Assembly: GCA_964580585.1 (NCBI GenBank) | Contig: CAZOKZ010000001.1 | Span: forward strand, 119,893 to 183,892 | Origin: an uncultured Candidatus Sumerlaeota bacterium | GTDB lineage: Bacteria; Sumerlaeota; Sumerlaeia; SLMS01; JAHLLQ01 | Direction of reading: 5' to 3' | DNA length: 64,000 bases | In this document: positions 26,146-34,837 of the stretch, piece after piece | How the letters are laid out: each line of letters opens with the position of its first letter | Numbering within the stretch: position 1 is the first letter of the stretch | Position numbers and translations under genes: made by a program | The notes under the pieces: model-generated | Told to the model about the DNA's origin: nothing | What the model saw: only the letters and a program-made list of their open reading frames with translations | Databases searched by the model: none

Positions 26146-29100
26146 ATGCAGAAACTTCAAAGCGCTCTTGGTTTCCCGACCAAGTCCCAAGTGGGACCGA
26201 CTCGTGGTAACCATAAAGCGCGCCGTAAGACAGGATTGTTCGGCAAGTCGGCATCCATGCTGATGGCAGCGGGCATTCTGATGGCGACCCAATCGGCGTT
26301 TGCCGTGTACACCGTGCAACGCTCTGGGTCGAACCTGACGATTACCGCAGGTGCAGGCGAAACGAACGTTCTTTCGATGACGCTCAATGCGGCCAACATC
26401 GAATTTGCCGACGCCGGCATTACTTTCGATGACGTCGATAACGGCGGCACGGGCATCGTCGGCGATGGCACCAACATGATTTCGTTGAACGAAGGTCTCA
26501 TCACGAGCATCGATATCGTGCTCGGCGATGGCAACGACTCGTTCATCGCGAACAGTTGGGCTCAAGCGGATGGCGGTACGATTGATTTCGGTTCTGGAAC
26601 AGCCGACTCGCTCACGTTCTTTGGCCGCGGAAACAACGATAACATCTCGATTGTTCCCGTCGGAACCGATGTGACGTTCGCACGTAACAACGTTCCCCAG
26701 ATCCAGCTTTACTGCTCCGGTCTGGAAACAGCCGATGTCGATATGCAATCGGGCGATGACACGATCACGATCGAAGACCTTTCGACCGCCGTTGATTTTG
26801 CCTCGTTGACCGTCCTCGGCGACGACAGCAGCGACACCTTTAACGTCAAACCTTCTCAATCGACAGCGATCCTGCTGTCGGGCGGTAACCAAATCCTGGC
26901 TGACACGTTCAACCTGGATACGTTGGGTCTGGCGATTCAAGATCCCATCACGACGCCTGATGGTGTCATTGGCTTCCTTGGCCTTGGCGACTATCAGGAC
27001 ATCACGTATTTCGGGATGGAAATCGTTAATGTCGAAAATCAGCCCTGCCTGTACACGGTTGCTCCGTTGAACGCTACTTTGGTGGCGAACGACGGTGGCG
27101 CCGCTGGCGTGGATGCATCTTTCGACGTTTTGACGAATGAACCCAACTGCACATGGCTTGCCCAGTCGAACGATACGTGGATCACGATCACGTCTCCGAC
27201 TCCCGCTCAGGGTGTTGGCGACACGACGGTGAGCTACACGGTGACCGATAACGACGGCAACCCGCCTCGCACGGGTACGATTTCTGTCATCACCGAAAAC
27301 GGAATGATTCTTCACACCGTGTTCCAGAACGGCGATTGCACGTTTGGTATCGCCGATGACGGCGCGGACTCGGACGGCGACGGCGACGCCAGCTTGCTGA
27401 CCGTTCCGGCTGCCGGTACGGCAGGCGCTACGGTCGAAGTGACCGCGGGCGCTGGCTGCTCCTGGACCATTTCGGAAAACTCGTCCTGGCTCGAACTGCT
27501 TTCTCCCCCGCTGCCCAACGGCACGGGCAACGCGACTTTCACGGTTGCGGTGGATTCGAACGTCGGTCCGGCTCGCTCGACGACGATCAACCTGAAAGAC
27601 AACACCTCTGGCCAGATCGTCAGCCAACTGCGCGTTTCGCAAGTTGCTGGCTGCGATATCCAGATCGATTCGTTCACCTCGGACTTCACGTCTGCTGGCG
27701 GCGCGGATAGCATTCTGGTTACCGGTGGCGTTGGTTGTACCTGGACGGCCGCGACGGGCGATGCCTGGATTACGATCAACAACGCTTCGGGCAACGGCCT
27801 TGGCCAGATTTCCTACACCGTCGCTCCCAACACGGGCCCGGCTCGTACGGGAACGATCACGGTCGGCGCCTTGACGCACACCGTGAACCAGGGCAGCGGC
27901 TGCGTACTGACGACACCGGATCCGGTTTCGTACAACGTTTCGGCTGCCGGCCAAATTGGCATCTCGAACACCATCAACGCCGATGCGGGTTGTACCTGGA
28001 CGGCGGTTTCGTCTGCTCCTTCTTGGGTGACGATCACCGCTGGCGCCACGGGTGTGGCTCCTGGTGTGGTGACGTTCGATGTGGCCCAGAACTTCGGTCC
28101 TGCACGCAGCGGAACGATCACGGTTACGGGTGACAACAACTCGATCGTGATTGCAGTCAACCAAGCAGAAGGCTGCGACCTGACGACGAACGTTCCGGAC
28201 GTCTTCAACCTGAATCCGGAAGCTTCCTCGGGACGCTTCACGGTCTTCTTTGCTGGTCCTGTTCCTCCGACTGTCAGCGACGCCTGCGAATTGATCGCGT
28301 TCACGGATGACAACTGGATTGTCGTCACGGAAGGCGCCAACGGTTCGGGTTCTGGCCATCAGGTCAGCTTCGATGTGCTGGAAAATAACGGCGCTGCCCG
28401 CGCGGGCATCATCGTTGTTCAATCGGTCATCGACCCGGGTGATTTCACCTTTGTCACAATCAATCAAGCAGCTTGCGCTTTGACGGCGCCGGTGCTTGCA
28501 GCTCCGAACGCAACCTATAACCACGAAGGTGGCCTTGGCAACTTTGCCGTTACGATGGCTGCTGGTGGTCAAAATTCCTGCGACTGGACGGTGACGTCCA
28601 ACGTCGCTTGGTTGAACATCCTCAGCGGTCCTTCCGGCAACGGTAACGGCATCGTAAACTACGAAGTGCTTCCCTACCAGTCGAACGCTGGTTTGCGCAC
28701 GGGTACGTTCACGGTGACGTTGACGAACGGCGGCACGGCTCAGTTCCGTGTTGACCAAATCGACGATTGCGACCTGATCGCTCCGGCTGGCGAAGTCGCA
28801 AACTTCGACCAGGACGGCGGCACGGGCAACTTCGACGTGACGTTGGCTGCTGGTGGAACGATCGATTGCGACTGGACGGTTTCGATCGCTTCGACGGATC
28901 CGGCTGGCGATACTTCCTGGATCACCTTAGCATCGGCAGTGGACGGCGTGGGCAATGGCCTCATTTCCTACGAAGTCGCTCCTCTTTACTATGACACGAC
29001 GGCCCCGCGTCAGCGCACGGGCACGATCACGATCACCCTTCCGAATGGCGACACCGCTGTTCACAACATCAACCAGGTTGACAACTGCGCTCCAGTCGTC

Positions 29101-31956
29101 ACCAACCCGGTTGAGAATTACAATCACTCGGCTGCCGCAGGTTCGTTCACAATCACCGGCATGACCGAAAGCTGCCCCTGGACGCTGTCGCTCTCTGCTG
29201 GCGGTGCTGGCTGGGTGAGCATTCAATCGGCTCAAGATGGCGTTGGCAATGGCCTCGTCACCTATGAAGTCGCCGAAAACGAAGGCAATGGCGCCCGCAA
29301 TGCTGTGATTACAGTGACGGGTTCCAACGGCTTGACGGCAACACACACCATCAACCAAACCGACGATTGCGACTTGATCGCTCCCGCCGGTGAAAACTCG
29401 GTCTTCACGCACGAAGGCGGCTCGGGCAACTTTGCCGTGACGCTGGCTGCTGGCGGCACGATCGATTGCGACTGGGTTGTGTCGGTTACTTCGACTGACC
29501 CGGCTGGCGACGAGTCCTGGATCACGCTGGAATCGGCTCCGAATGGCGTCGGCAACGGTTTGGTTGCGTTCTCGGTGGCTCCGCTGCTGGACGATCCTTC
29601 ACGCAACCGCGCGGGCTTCATCACGATCACGTTGCCGAACGGCGACACCGCTGTTCACAACATCATCCAAACAGACGATTGTAATCCGGTTCTTCCGGCG
29701 GACATCGTTCTCGATCACTCGGTACAGTCGGATGACTTCACGGTTTCCGGCATGTCCTTTGACTGCCCGTGGACTGCCTCTGTTACGGCTGGCGCCGAAT
29801 GGCTCAGCATTCAGTCGGGCAACGACGGTGTGGGCAATGGCCTGATCACCTACGAACTGGTTCAGCCGAACTTCGGCAACGGAAACCGTGTGGCTACCAT
29901 TACGGTAACGAGCACGAACGGCCTGGCCGATTCGATCAACATCACGCAAACCGACGATTGCGATCTGCTCGCACTCGTTCCGGCATCGCGTAACTTCGAT
30001 CAAGCTGGCGGCGCAGGCGACTTCGCCGTTCCGTTTGCTGCAGGCGACGAACAAGACTGTATCTGGGACATCGCTGTTTCGGCACCGAGCTGGATTGTTG
30101 TTACCTCGTCGTTCAACGGCGTTGGCGATGGCTTGGTGACGTACGAAGTTCTTCCGTTCTTCGACGATCAAACGGCTCCTCGCACCCGCACCGGCACAAT
30201 TACCGTGTACCTGCCTAACGGCGACGCGGAAATGCACACGGTGAACCAAGAAGACTTCTGCACGCACACGCTCGACCCGGTTGCGCATACGCCTGACCAG
30301 GTTGGCGGATTCTTCGAATTCGACGTGAACTTCAGCGTCACACCGAACTCTCCTGGCACGTCGCAAGACTGCCCGTGGATTGCACGCGTTCGTTACGCTG
30401 TCCCGACGACGCCGGACGAAGAATGGGTCCAGCTCATCGAAGGTTCGACGGAACAAACGGGCGACGGCGTTGTTACCTACAACGTGGACGAACTGCACGA
30501 ATACCTGGGATCGCGTATTGCCTACATCGACGTGATTCTGGACAACGGCATTATCCAAACACACACCATTACCCAAACCGACGAATGCGAATTCACGCTC
30601 TATCCGACGGAATTCTTCTTCGATCACAATGGTTTCCTGACGGGCCCGGTTATCAATCCGGACGACCCGAACGACGACAACTCGGGCACGAACACCTTCC
30701 AGGTGGCGTTCCCCGATCCGAATGCTGAGTGCAAGTGGACGGCTTCTATCGTTCTGGCAGACACGCTGGACGACGATGTGGTCGCCGACGACAACTGGAT
30801 TAACATCCTTGAAGGCTCGACGGGCGAAGGTAACGGTCAAGTTACGTTCTCTATCGACCCGAACGTGGTTATCGGCCCCGACATCGAACGCGTCGGCACG
30901 ATCCTGGTCACTGGCGAAAACGGCCAGGTGCTGGGCGTGACGATCATTCAATCGGAAGGCCAGTACATCCTGACTCAGCTTGAACTTGGCGACCCGGGTT
31001 CCGGCCCGGATCCGGAACCGGACTTCGGTTTCGGCCAGGACAACCTGGTGATCGGCTACACCGATCTCGCCGCACCGGTGATTGAAACGCTCGGCCTGCC
31101 CGACGCGCCGTTCTTCACCACTGTGGACAGCAAGACCGGCAACATCACCGAAGTCGAGCCGCACATTTCGACCGACTCGAACGGTAACGTAACTGGCTTC
31201 GCCACGGTTCGCGTGTTTGACGCTGTTTACAACTTGCTTGCCGAATTCGATCTGCCTGTGACGGGTAGCTTCAGCTACTCGCGTAAGGCGACGACGGAAG
31301 TGAATACCGTGGACAACAACTTCTCGGGCTTCACGACGATCAAGTACAAGAACAGCTTCAAACTGAGCGGCAAAGACAAGACGCGTGGCTCGATCAAGGT
31401 CAGCGGCACGGAATCGTATGAAGTCCTGCCGGCCGACTTCCCGGGTACACCTGCTGGCTTTGAATCCAAGATCAGCTCTGCATGTGTTCTTGACGGCGCT
31501 GCCTCCAAGGGTTCTGCGGAAGCCACGGTTCACGGATGGGTCCCGACAACGGGTAACCTGGCCATCACGAAGAACTCGCTGAAGGCCGACGTGAAGAAGA
31601 ACACCGCATGGTCTTCGGACATCGTTCTGCTGGATTCGGACTACACCAAGCTCGAAGAGCAAGGTGCTGGTGCGGCTTCGCTGAACGCCAAGTGGCAAAC
31701 GGGCGCCAAACCTGGCAAGTTCTCCTACCAGGGACGCTTTGGCAAGAGCCTGTTCAAGTCCAGTGGCCAACTTCTCCTGACGTTGGAAGACATCACGGAA
31801 GAAGGTTTCTGGTTTGACTCGGCCAAGGACGGCGTTGGCCTGGATCGCGGCGTGACCGTGTTCCCGGAAACAACCTCGTTCAGCAACCCGCAGGTCAAGA
31901 TCTCCACGAAGACCAAGTGGAACAGCGATCTGATCAACGCGAACGACGCACCGTAA
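26146..31956 (+). CDS. Giant secreted protein: N-terminal Gly/Asp-rich domain, 13 BACON-like repeats, and a Lys-rich C-terminal domain of unknown function
   Basis: Strong SD. Signal peptide ...AAGILMATQSAFA. Residues 54-300 contain GDGNDSF, SGDDTITI and GDDSSDTFNV motifs. Residues 301-1605 are tandem modules of about 100 aa. Residues 1606-1936 have a different composition. Confidence 0.85.
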   Translation: MQKLQSALGFPTKSQVGPTRGNHKARRKTGLFGKSASMLMAAGILMATQSAFAVYTVQRSGSNLTITAGAGETNVLSMTLNAANIEFADAGITFDDVDNGGTGIVGDGTNMISLNEGLITSIDIVLGDGNDSFIANSWAQADGGTIDFGSGTADSLTFFGRGNNDNISIVPVGTDVTFARNNVPQIQLYCSGLETADVDMQSGDDTITIEDLSTAVDFASLTVLGDDSSDTFNVKPSQSTAILLSGGNQILADTFNLDTLGLAIQDPITTPDGVIGFLGLGDYQDITYFGMEIVNVENQPCLYTVAPLNATLVANDGGAAGVDASFDVLTNEPNCTWLAQSNDTWITITSPTPAQGVGDTTVSYTVTDNDGNPPRTGTISVITENGMILHTVFQNGDCTFGIADDGADSDGDGDASLLTVPAAGTAGATVEVTAGAGCSWTISENSSWLELLSPPLPNGTGNATFTVAVDSNVGPARSTTINLKDNTSGQIVSQLRVSQVAGCDIQIDSFTSDFTSAGGADSILVTGGVGCTWTAATGDAWITINNASGNGLGQISYTVAPNTGPARTGTITVGALTHTVNQGSGCVLTTPDPVSYNVSAAGQIGISNTINADAGCTWTAVSSAPSWVTITAGATGVAPGVVTFDVAQNFGPARSGTITVTGDNNSIVIAVNQAEGCDLTTNVPDVFNLNPEASSGRFTVFFAGPVPPTVSDACELIAFTDDNWIVVTEGANGSGSGHQVSFDVLENNGAARAGIIVVQSVIDPGDFTFVTINQAACALTAPVLAAPNATYNHEGGLGNFAVTMAAGGQNSCDWTVTSNVAWLNILSGPSGNGNGIVNYEVLPYQSNAGLRTGTFTVTLTNGGTAQFRVDQIDDCDLIAPAGEVANFDQDGGTGNFDVTLAAGGTIDCDWTVSIASTDPAGDTSWITLASAVDGVGNGLISYEVAPLYYDTTAPRQRTGTITITLPNGDTAVHNINQVDNCAPVVTNPVENYNHSAAAGSFTITGMTESCPWTLSLSAGGAGWVSIQSAQDGVGNGLVTYEVAENEGNGARNAVITVTGSNGLTATHTINQTDDCDLIAPAGENSVFTHEGGSGNFAVTLAAGGTIDCDWVVSVTSTDPAGDESWITLESAPNGVGNGLVAFSVAPLLDDPSRNRAGFITITLPNGDTAVHNIIQTDDCNPVLPADIVLDHSVQSDDFTVSGMSFDCPWTASVTAGAEWLSIQSGNDGVGNGLITYELVQPNFGNGNRVATITVTSTNGLADSINITQTDDCDLLALVPASRNFDQAGGAGDFAVPFAAGDEQDCIWDIAVSAPSWIVVTSSFNGVGDGLVTYEVLPFFDDQTAPRTRTGTITVYLPNGDAEMHTVNQEDFCTHTLDPVAHTPDQVGGFFEFDVNFSVTPNSPGTSQDCPWIARVRYAVPTTPDEEWVQLIEGSTEQTGDGVVTYNVDELHEYLGSRIAYIDVILDNGIIQTHTITQTDECEFTLYPTEFFFDHNGFLTGPVINPDDPNDDNSGTNTFQVAFPDPNAECKWTASIVLADTLDDDVVADDNWINILEGSTGEGNGQVTFSIDPNVVIGPDIERVGTILVTGENGQVLGVTIIQSEGQYILTQLELGDPGSGPDPEPDFGFGQDNLVIGYTDLAAPVIETLGLPDAPFFTTVDSKTGNITEVEPHISTDSNGNVTGFATVRVFDAVYNLLAEFDLPVTGSFSYSRKATTEVNTVDNNFSGFTTIKYKNSFKLSGKDKTRGSIKVSGTESYEVLPADFPGTPAGFESKISSACVLDGAASKGSAEATVHGWVPTTGNLAITKNSLKADVKKNTAWSSDIVLLDSDYTKLEEQGAGAASLNAKWQTGAKPGKFSYQGRFGKSLFKSSGQLLLTLEDITEEGFWFDSAKDGVGLDRGVTVFPETTSFSNPQVKISTKTKWNSDLINANDAP
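27046..30960 (+). repeat. 13 tandem modules of about 300 nt (about 100 aa) encoding two-cysteine BACON-like domains
   Basis: Each module reads C..(25-45 aa)..C(x)W(T/x)..(S)....W(I/V)(T/S)(I/L)....G.G.G...(F/Y).V..N.G..R.G.I.V......H.(I/V)NQ. Module starts at nt 27046, 28474, 28768, 29368, 29959 and 30259 were read directly from the sequence. Confidence 0.8.
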
Positions 31957-31982
31957 TTCGCGTCAACCTCTCTCGCAACACG

Positions 31983-32016
31983 CAGGCGGACCGGCAACGG
32001 TCCGCCTGTTTTCTTT
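31983..32016 (+). terminator. Rho-independent terminator of the giant gene
   Basis: 11-bp perfect stem CAGGCGGACCG / CGGTCCGCCTG with a GCAA loop, followed by TTTTCTTT. Confidence 0.75.
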
Positions 32017-32042
32017 AACGCAATCACGAGTCAAATGCGCAC

Positions 32043-32089
32043 AAAAAAAACCGCCCGGCGTATGCATTGCCGGGCGGTTCATTTTTTTT
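32043..32089 (-). terminator. Rho-independent terminator of rpoD, with A/T tracts on both sides
   Basis: Stem CCGCCCGGC / GCCGGGCGG with a 9-nt loop. A8 lies on one side and T8 on the other, so on the minus strand the hairpin is followed by TTTTTTTT, about 20 nt after the rpoD stop. Confidence 0.75.
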
Positions 32090-32110
32090 GTCAGTGAATC
32101 GGCTGGAACG

Positions 32111-33970
32111 TTATTCCATGAACTCGATCAGTTGCTTGCGTCGGCTGGGGTGACGCAATTTATTGAGCGCTTTGGTTTCGATCTGACGAACGCGTTCGCG
32201 CGTGACGTTGAAGATCGTACCGACTTCTTCGAGCGTTCGCGGGAAGTCGCTGCCGCCGATACCGAAACGCAGGCGGAGGACTTTTTGTTCGCGCTCAGTC
32301 AACGTCGAGAGCACTTCCTCGATCTTTTCCTGCATCAGCTTGTACGCCGTGGCGGTAACGGGCGACTGGGCGTCTTCATCGGGAATGAAATCGCCAAAGT
32401 GCGAATCGCCGTCTTCGCCGATGGGCGTTTCCAGGCTGATCGGTTGCATAGCAATTTTGAACACGCGGCGGATTTTCTCGACCGGCATGCCCATTTTTTC
32501 CGCGATTTCGTCCGGGGTGGGTTCGCGCCCCAGTTCCTGCACCAAGTAACGCTGCACACGCGAGAGCTTGTTGATCGTTTCGATCATGTGCACCGGAATA
32601 CGAATCGTACGGGCCTGATCGGCGATAGCGCGCGTCACGGCTTGACGAATCCACCACGTGGCATACGTTGAGAATTTGTAGCCGCGCTGGTATTCAAACT
32701 TGTCCACGGCACGCATCAAACCGATGTTGCCTTCCTGGATTAAGTCGAGGAACTGAAGTCCGCGGTTGGTGTATTTCTTCGCGATCGAAACGACGAGGCG
32801 CAGGTTGGCTTCGACGACTTTCATCTTCGCTTCGTGGGCTTGTTTTTCGCCCTTTTTGATGCGATCGATGATAATCTTCAGTTCTTCGTACTTGTTGCCC
32901 GATTCTTTCTCCAGACGTTTGATGTTGCGTTGCGCCATGCGGAGTTGTTTGTCGAGACGGATGAATTCGTCCAGGCTCTTGCCGTACTTCTTCATCAACG
33001 CCTTGGCTTCGGGGCTGTTTTTCTTCGTCTTGCGCACGACGCGGCGAAGTTCGTCTTCGCTCATCATCGCTTCCAGGATGGTGCGACGAATTTCTTCCTG
33101 TGCGCGGTCGATCTGGTAGTAGATTTCCTTCACGCGGCTGGCGATTTGCTCGACGATCGCGAAGTTCAGGTCCACCTTGAGAAGTAGTTTGTAAATCTCC
33201 TCGCGGCGTTTTTCCACATCCACCATCGCTTCGTCGCGTTCTTCACCTTCAAACGTCGGATCTTCAAGTAAATCGAGTTGATCGGCAATCACCTCAAAGT
33301 GATCGAGCACACTTTTCAGGTTGTCGAGAATCATCTTGATCGTGCGCGCGCGTGCTTCGGGATCGGTTTCATCCACGTTGGCGCGCAAAATATCGTTCAG
33401 GTTGAACTGGCCAACCTCGATACGCGAATAAATGCGTCCAAGTTCCTGGGACGTAATCGAGGCGCGCGCGATGGCGCCGGTGATTTCGTGGCGGCCCTTT
33501 TCGATCTGCTTGGCGAGGAAAACTTCTTCCTCGCGCGTCAGCAATGGGACCTTGCCCATTTCCATCAGGTAAAGACGCACCGGGTCATCGATGCGTTGAT
33601 TATCGGCCTGTTGGTTGAGCAGATCGCGCGGCGTAGCCACGCTGCTGCCGACCTTGGCGGCTTTCTTTTTCGCTTCGTCGGCGGTCACCTTGATGCGCGC
33701 GGCCATTTTGACTTTGCGCTGGTGTTCTGCTTCAGATTTTTTCTTGTCGGTTTTCTCTTCGCCGGCGGGTTCTTCTTCCATTACTTCAATGGATTGATTT
33801 TCCAGTTCCTCGAGGAGGTCCTCCATATGGGCCGGAGAGAAATCATCGGGAATATTGTCGTTGATCTCTTCATAGGTCAACCATCCCCGTTTCTTGCCCG
33901 AATCGATCAGTTTTTTAACGCCTGATGGGAAACGGGAAGACTTTGACTTTTTCATTAGCTTCACGTGCAC
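32111..33970 (-). CDS. rpoD: Primary RNA polymerase sigma factor RpoD (sigma-70)
   Basis: Acidic region 1. Region 2 ([67 protein letters not shown]). Region 4 ([29 protein letters not shown]). Confidence 0.96.
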   Translation of the reverse strand: MHVKLMKKSKSSRFPSGVKKLIDSGKKRGWLTYEEINDNIPDDFSPAHMEDLLEELENQSIEVMEEEPAGEEKTDKKKSEAEHQRKVKMAARIKVTADEAKKKAAKVGSSVATPRDLLNQQADNQRIDDPVRLYLMEMGKVPLLTREEEVFLAKQIEKGRHEITGAIARASITSQELGRIYSRIEVGQFNLNDILRANVDETDPEARARTIKMILDNLKSVLDHFEVIADQLDLLEDPTFEGEERDEAMVDVEKRREEIYKLLLKVDLNFAIVEQIASRVKEIYYQIDRAQEEIRRTILEAMMSEDELRRVVRKTKKNSPEAKALMKKYGKSLDEFIRLDKQLRMAQRNIKRLEKESGNKYEELKIIIDRIKKGEKQAHEAKMKVVEANLRLVVSIAKKYTNRGLQFLDLIQEGNIGLMRAVDKFEYQRGYKFSTYATWWIRQAVTRAIADQARTIRIPVHMIETINKLSRVQRYLVQELGREPTPDEIAEKMGMPVEKIRRVFKIAMQPISLETPIGEDGDSHFGDFIPDEDAQSPVTATAYKLMQEKIEEVLSTLTEREQKVLRLRFGIGGSDFPRTLEEVGTIFNVTRERVRQIETKALNKLRHPSRRKQLIEFME

Positions 33971-34414
33971 TCCTTGGAGTTTGGGTCAGTCAGGTTTGAG
34001 GTCTAAAGTCGTGTGGCGAATGCCCGTGCCCGGCGAGTGTCTTTTGACGAGGCCACTTGGCGTTTTTGCGTGGCAGGTGTACCGGAAGGACGCATCTCTC
34101 CATTAATGTCTCCAAAGCAAAATACAGACCCCGACCGGTCCACAAGTCAAATTCCTGTCAAGCGCAATCGGAGCACAAAAACGTTTTCTTGCCACTTTTT
34201 TCTGTTAACTACTGATTTCAAAGGAGATAGGCCGGATGCCCTATAGACCTATTGAACCCCCTCACTCTATTTCGACTTGAAAAAATATCCACGGTGCAAT
34301 ATTTTTGCTCTTTTGGGGCTGACATCTTGGACCATGGTGACTCATGATATGAATCAGATCGTTCCATCCTGACTCAAATTTACTTATCGAAAACCTCGAT
34401 CCCATCAATTTCTC

Positions 34415-34837
34415 ATGACCATTAAGCTTCAACAACCGAGTCGTAACCCGAAGACGTTGCTGACCGAAGTGGACGCTCTGATCAAGGTGCGCGACATTCG
34501 TGAATGGGAAAACCTGAAGCAACAGGTGAGCGTAAAGTGGTGGGAATCCGGAATTTTGGCGGTCTTATTTCTCAGCGGTCTGGGAACCCTCATCACGCTA
34601 TACAAGTTGGTTCCCGACAACAGCCCTCTCCCCTACGAGTTTGTCCTGCTCTGGTTTGGGCTTTTTACACTGACCTTGCTGGGAAGCATTGAGTTTTTAA
34701 TTCTGAAGTTTCGCGCTTTACGCCGGATGCATGAGACCACTTCGCGCATCATCGATGACCAGCAGGCTACTCTCAAGGCGTTGCGCGATTACCTGGAAGC
34801 TCGCGAAGAAGCGGAGCACCCAACGAAAAGCGACTAG
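34415..34837 (+). CDS. Hypothetical two-TM membrane protein
   Basis: 140 aa with two hydrophobic helices (GILAVLFLSGLGTLITLY; FVLLWFGLFTLTLLGSIEFLIL) and a charged coiled C-terminus. The stop overlaps the convergent dinG-like stop. Confidence 0.45.
   Translation: MTIKLQQPSRNPKTLLTEVDALIKVRDIREWENLKQQVSVKWWESGILAVLFLSGLGTLITLYKLVPDNSPLPYEFVLLWFGLFTLTLLGSIEFLILKFRALRRMHETTSRIIDDQQATLKALRDYLEAREEAEHPTKSD

Noticed and set aside
26146-26304. A possible twin-arginine (Tat) signal in the giant protein (KARRKTGLF).
   Set aside because: It does not fit the S/T-R-R-x-F-L-K consensus well, and the hydrophobic core with AFA cleavage site looks like an ordinary Sec signal with a long n-region.
26110-31770. 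Very long antisense ORFs inside the giant gene: 26110-28758 (882 aa) and 29599-31770 (723 aa) on the minus strand.
   Set aside because: Their translations are Arg/Val/Asp/Gly-rich low-complexity strings with no motifs. They mirror the sense-strand repeats. The + strand ORF has a strong SD, a signal peptide, coherent domain repeats and a terminator. They are stop-free by-products of the biased codon usage of the sense gene.
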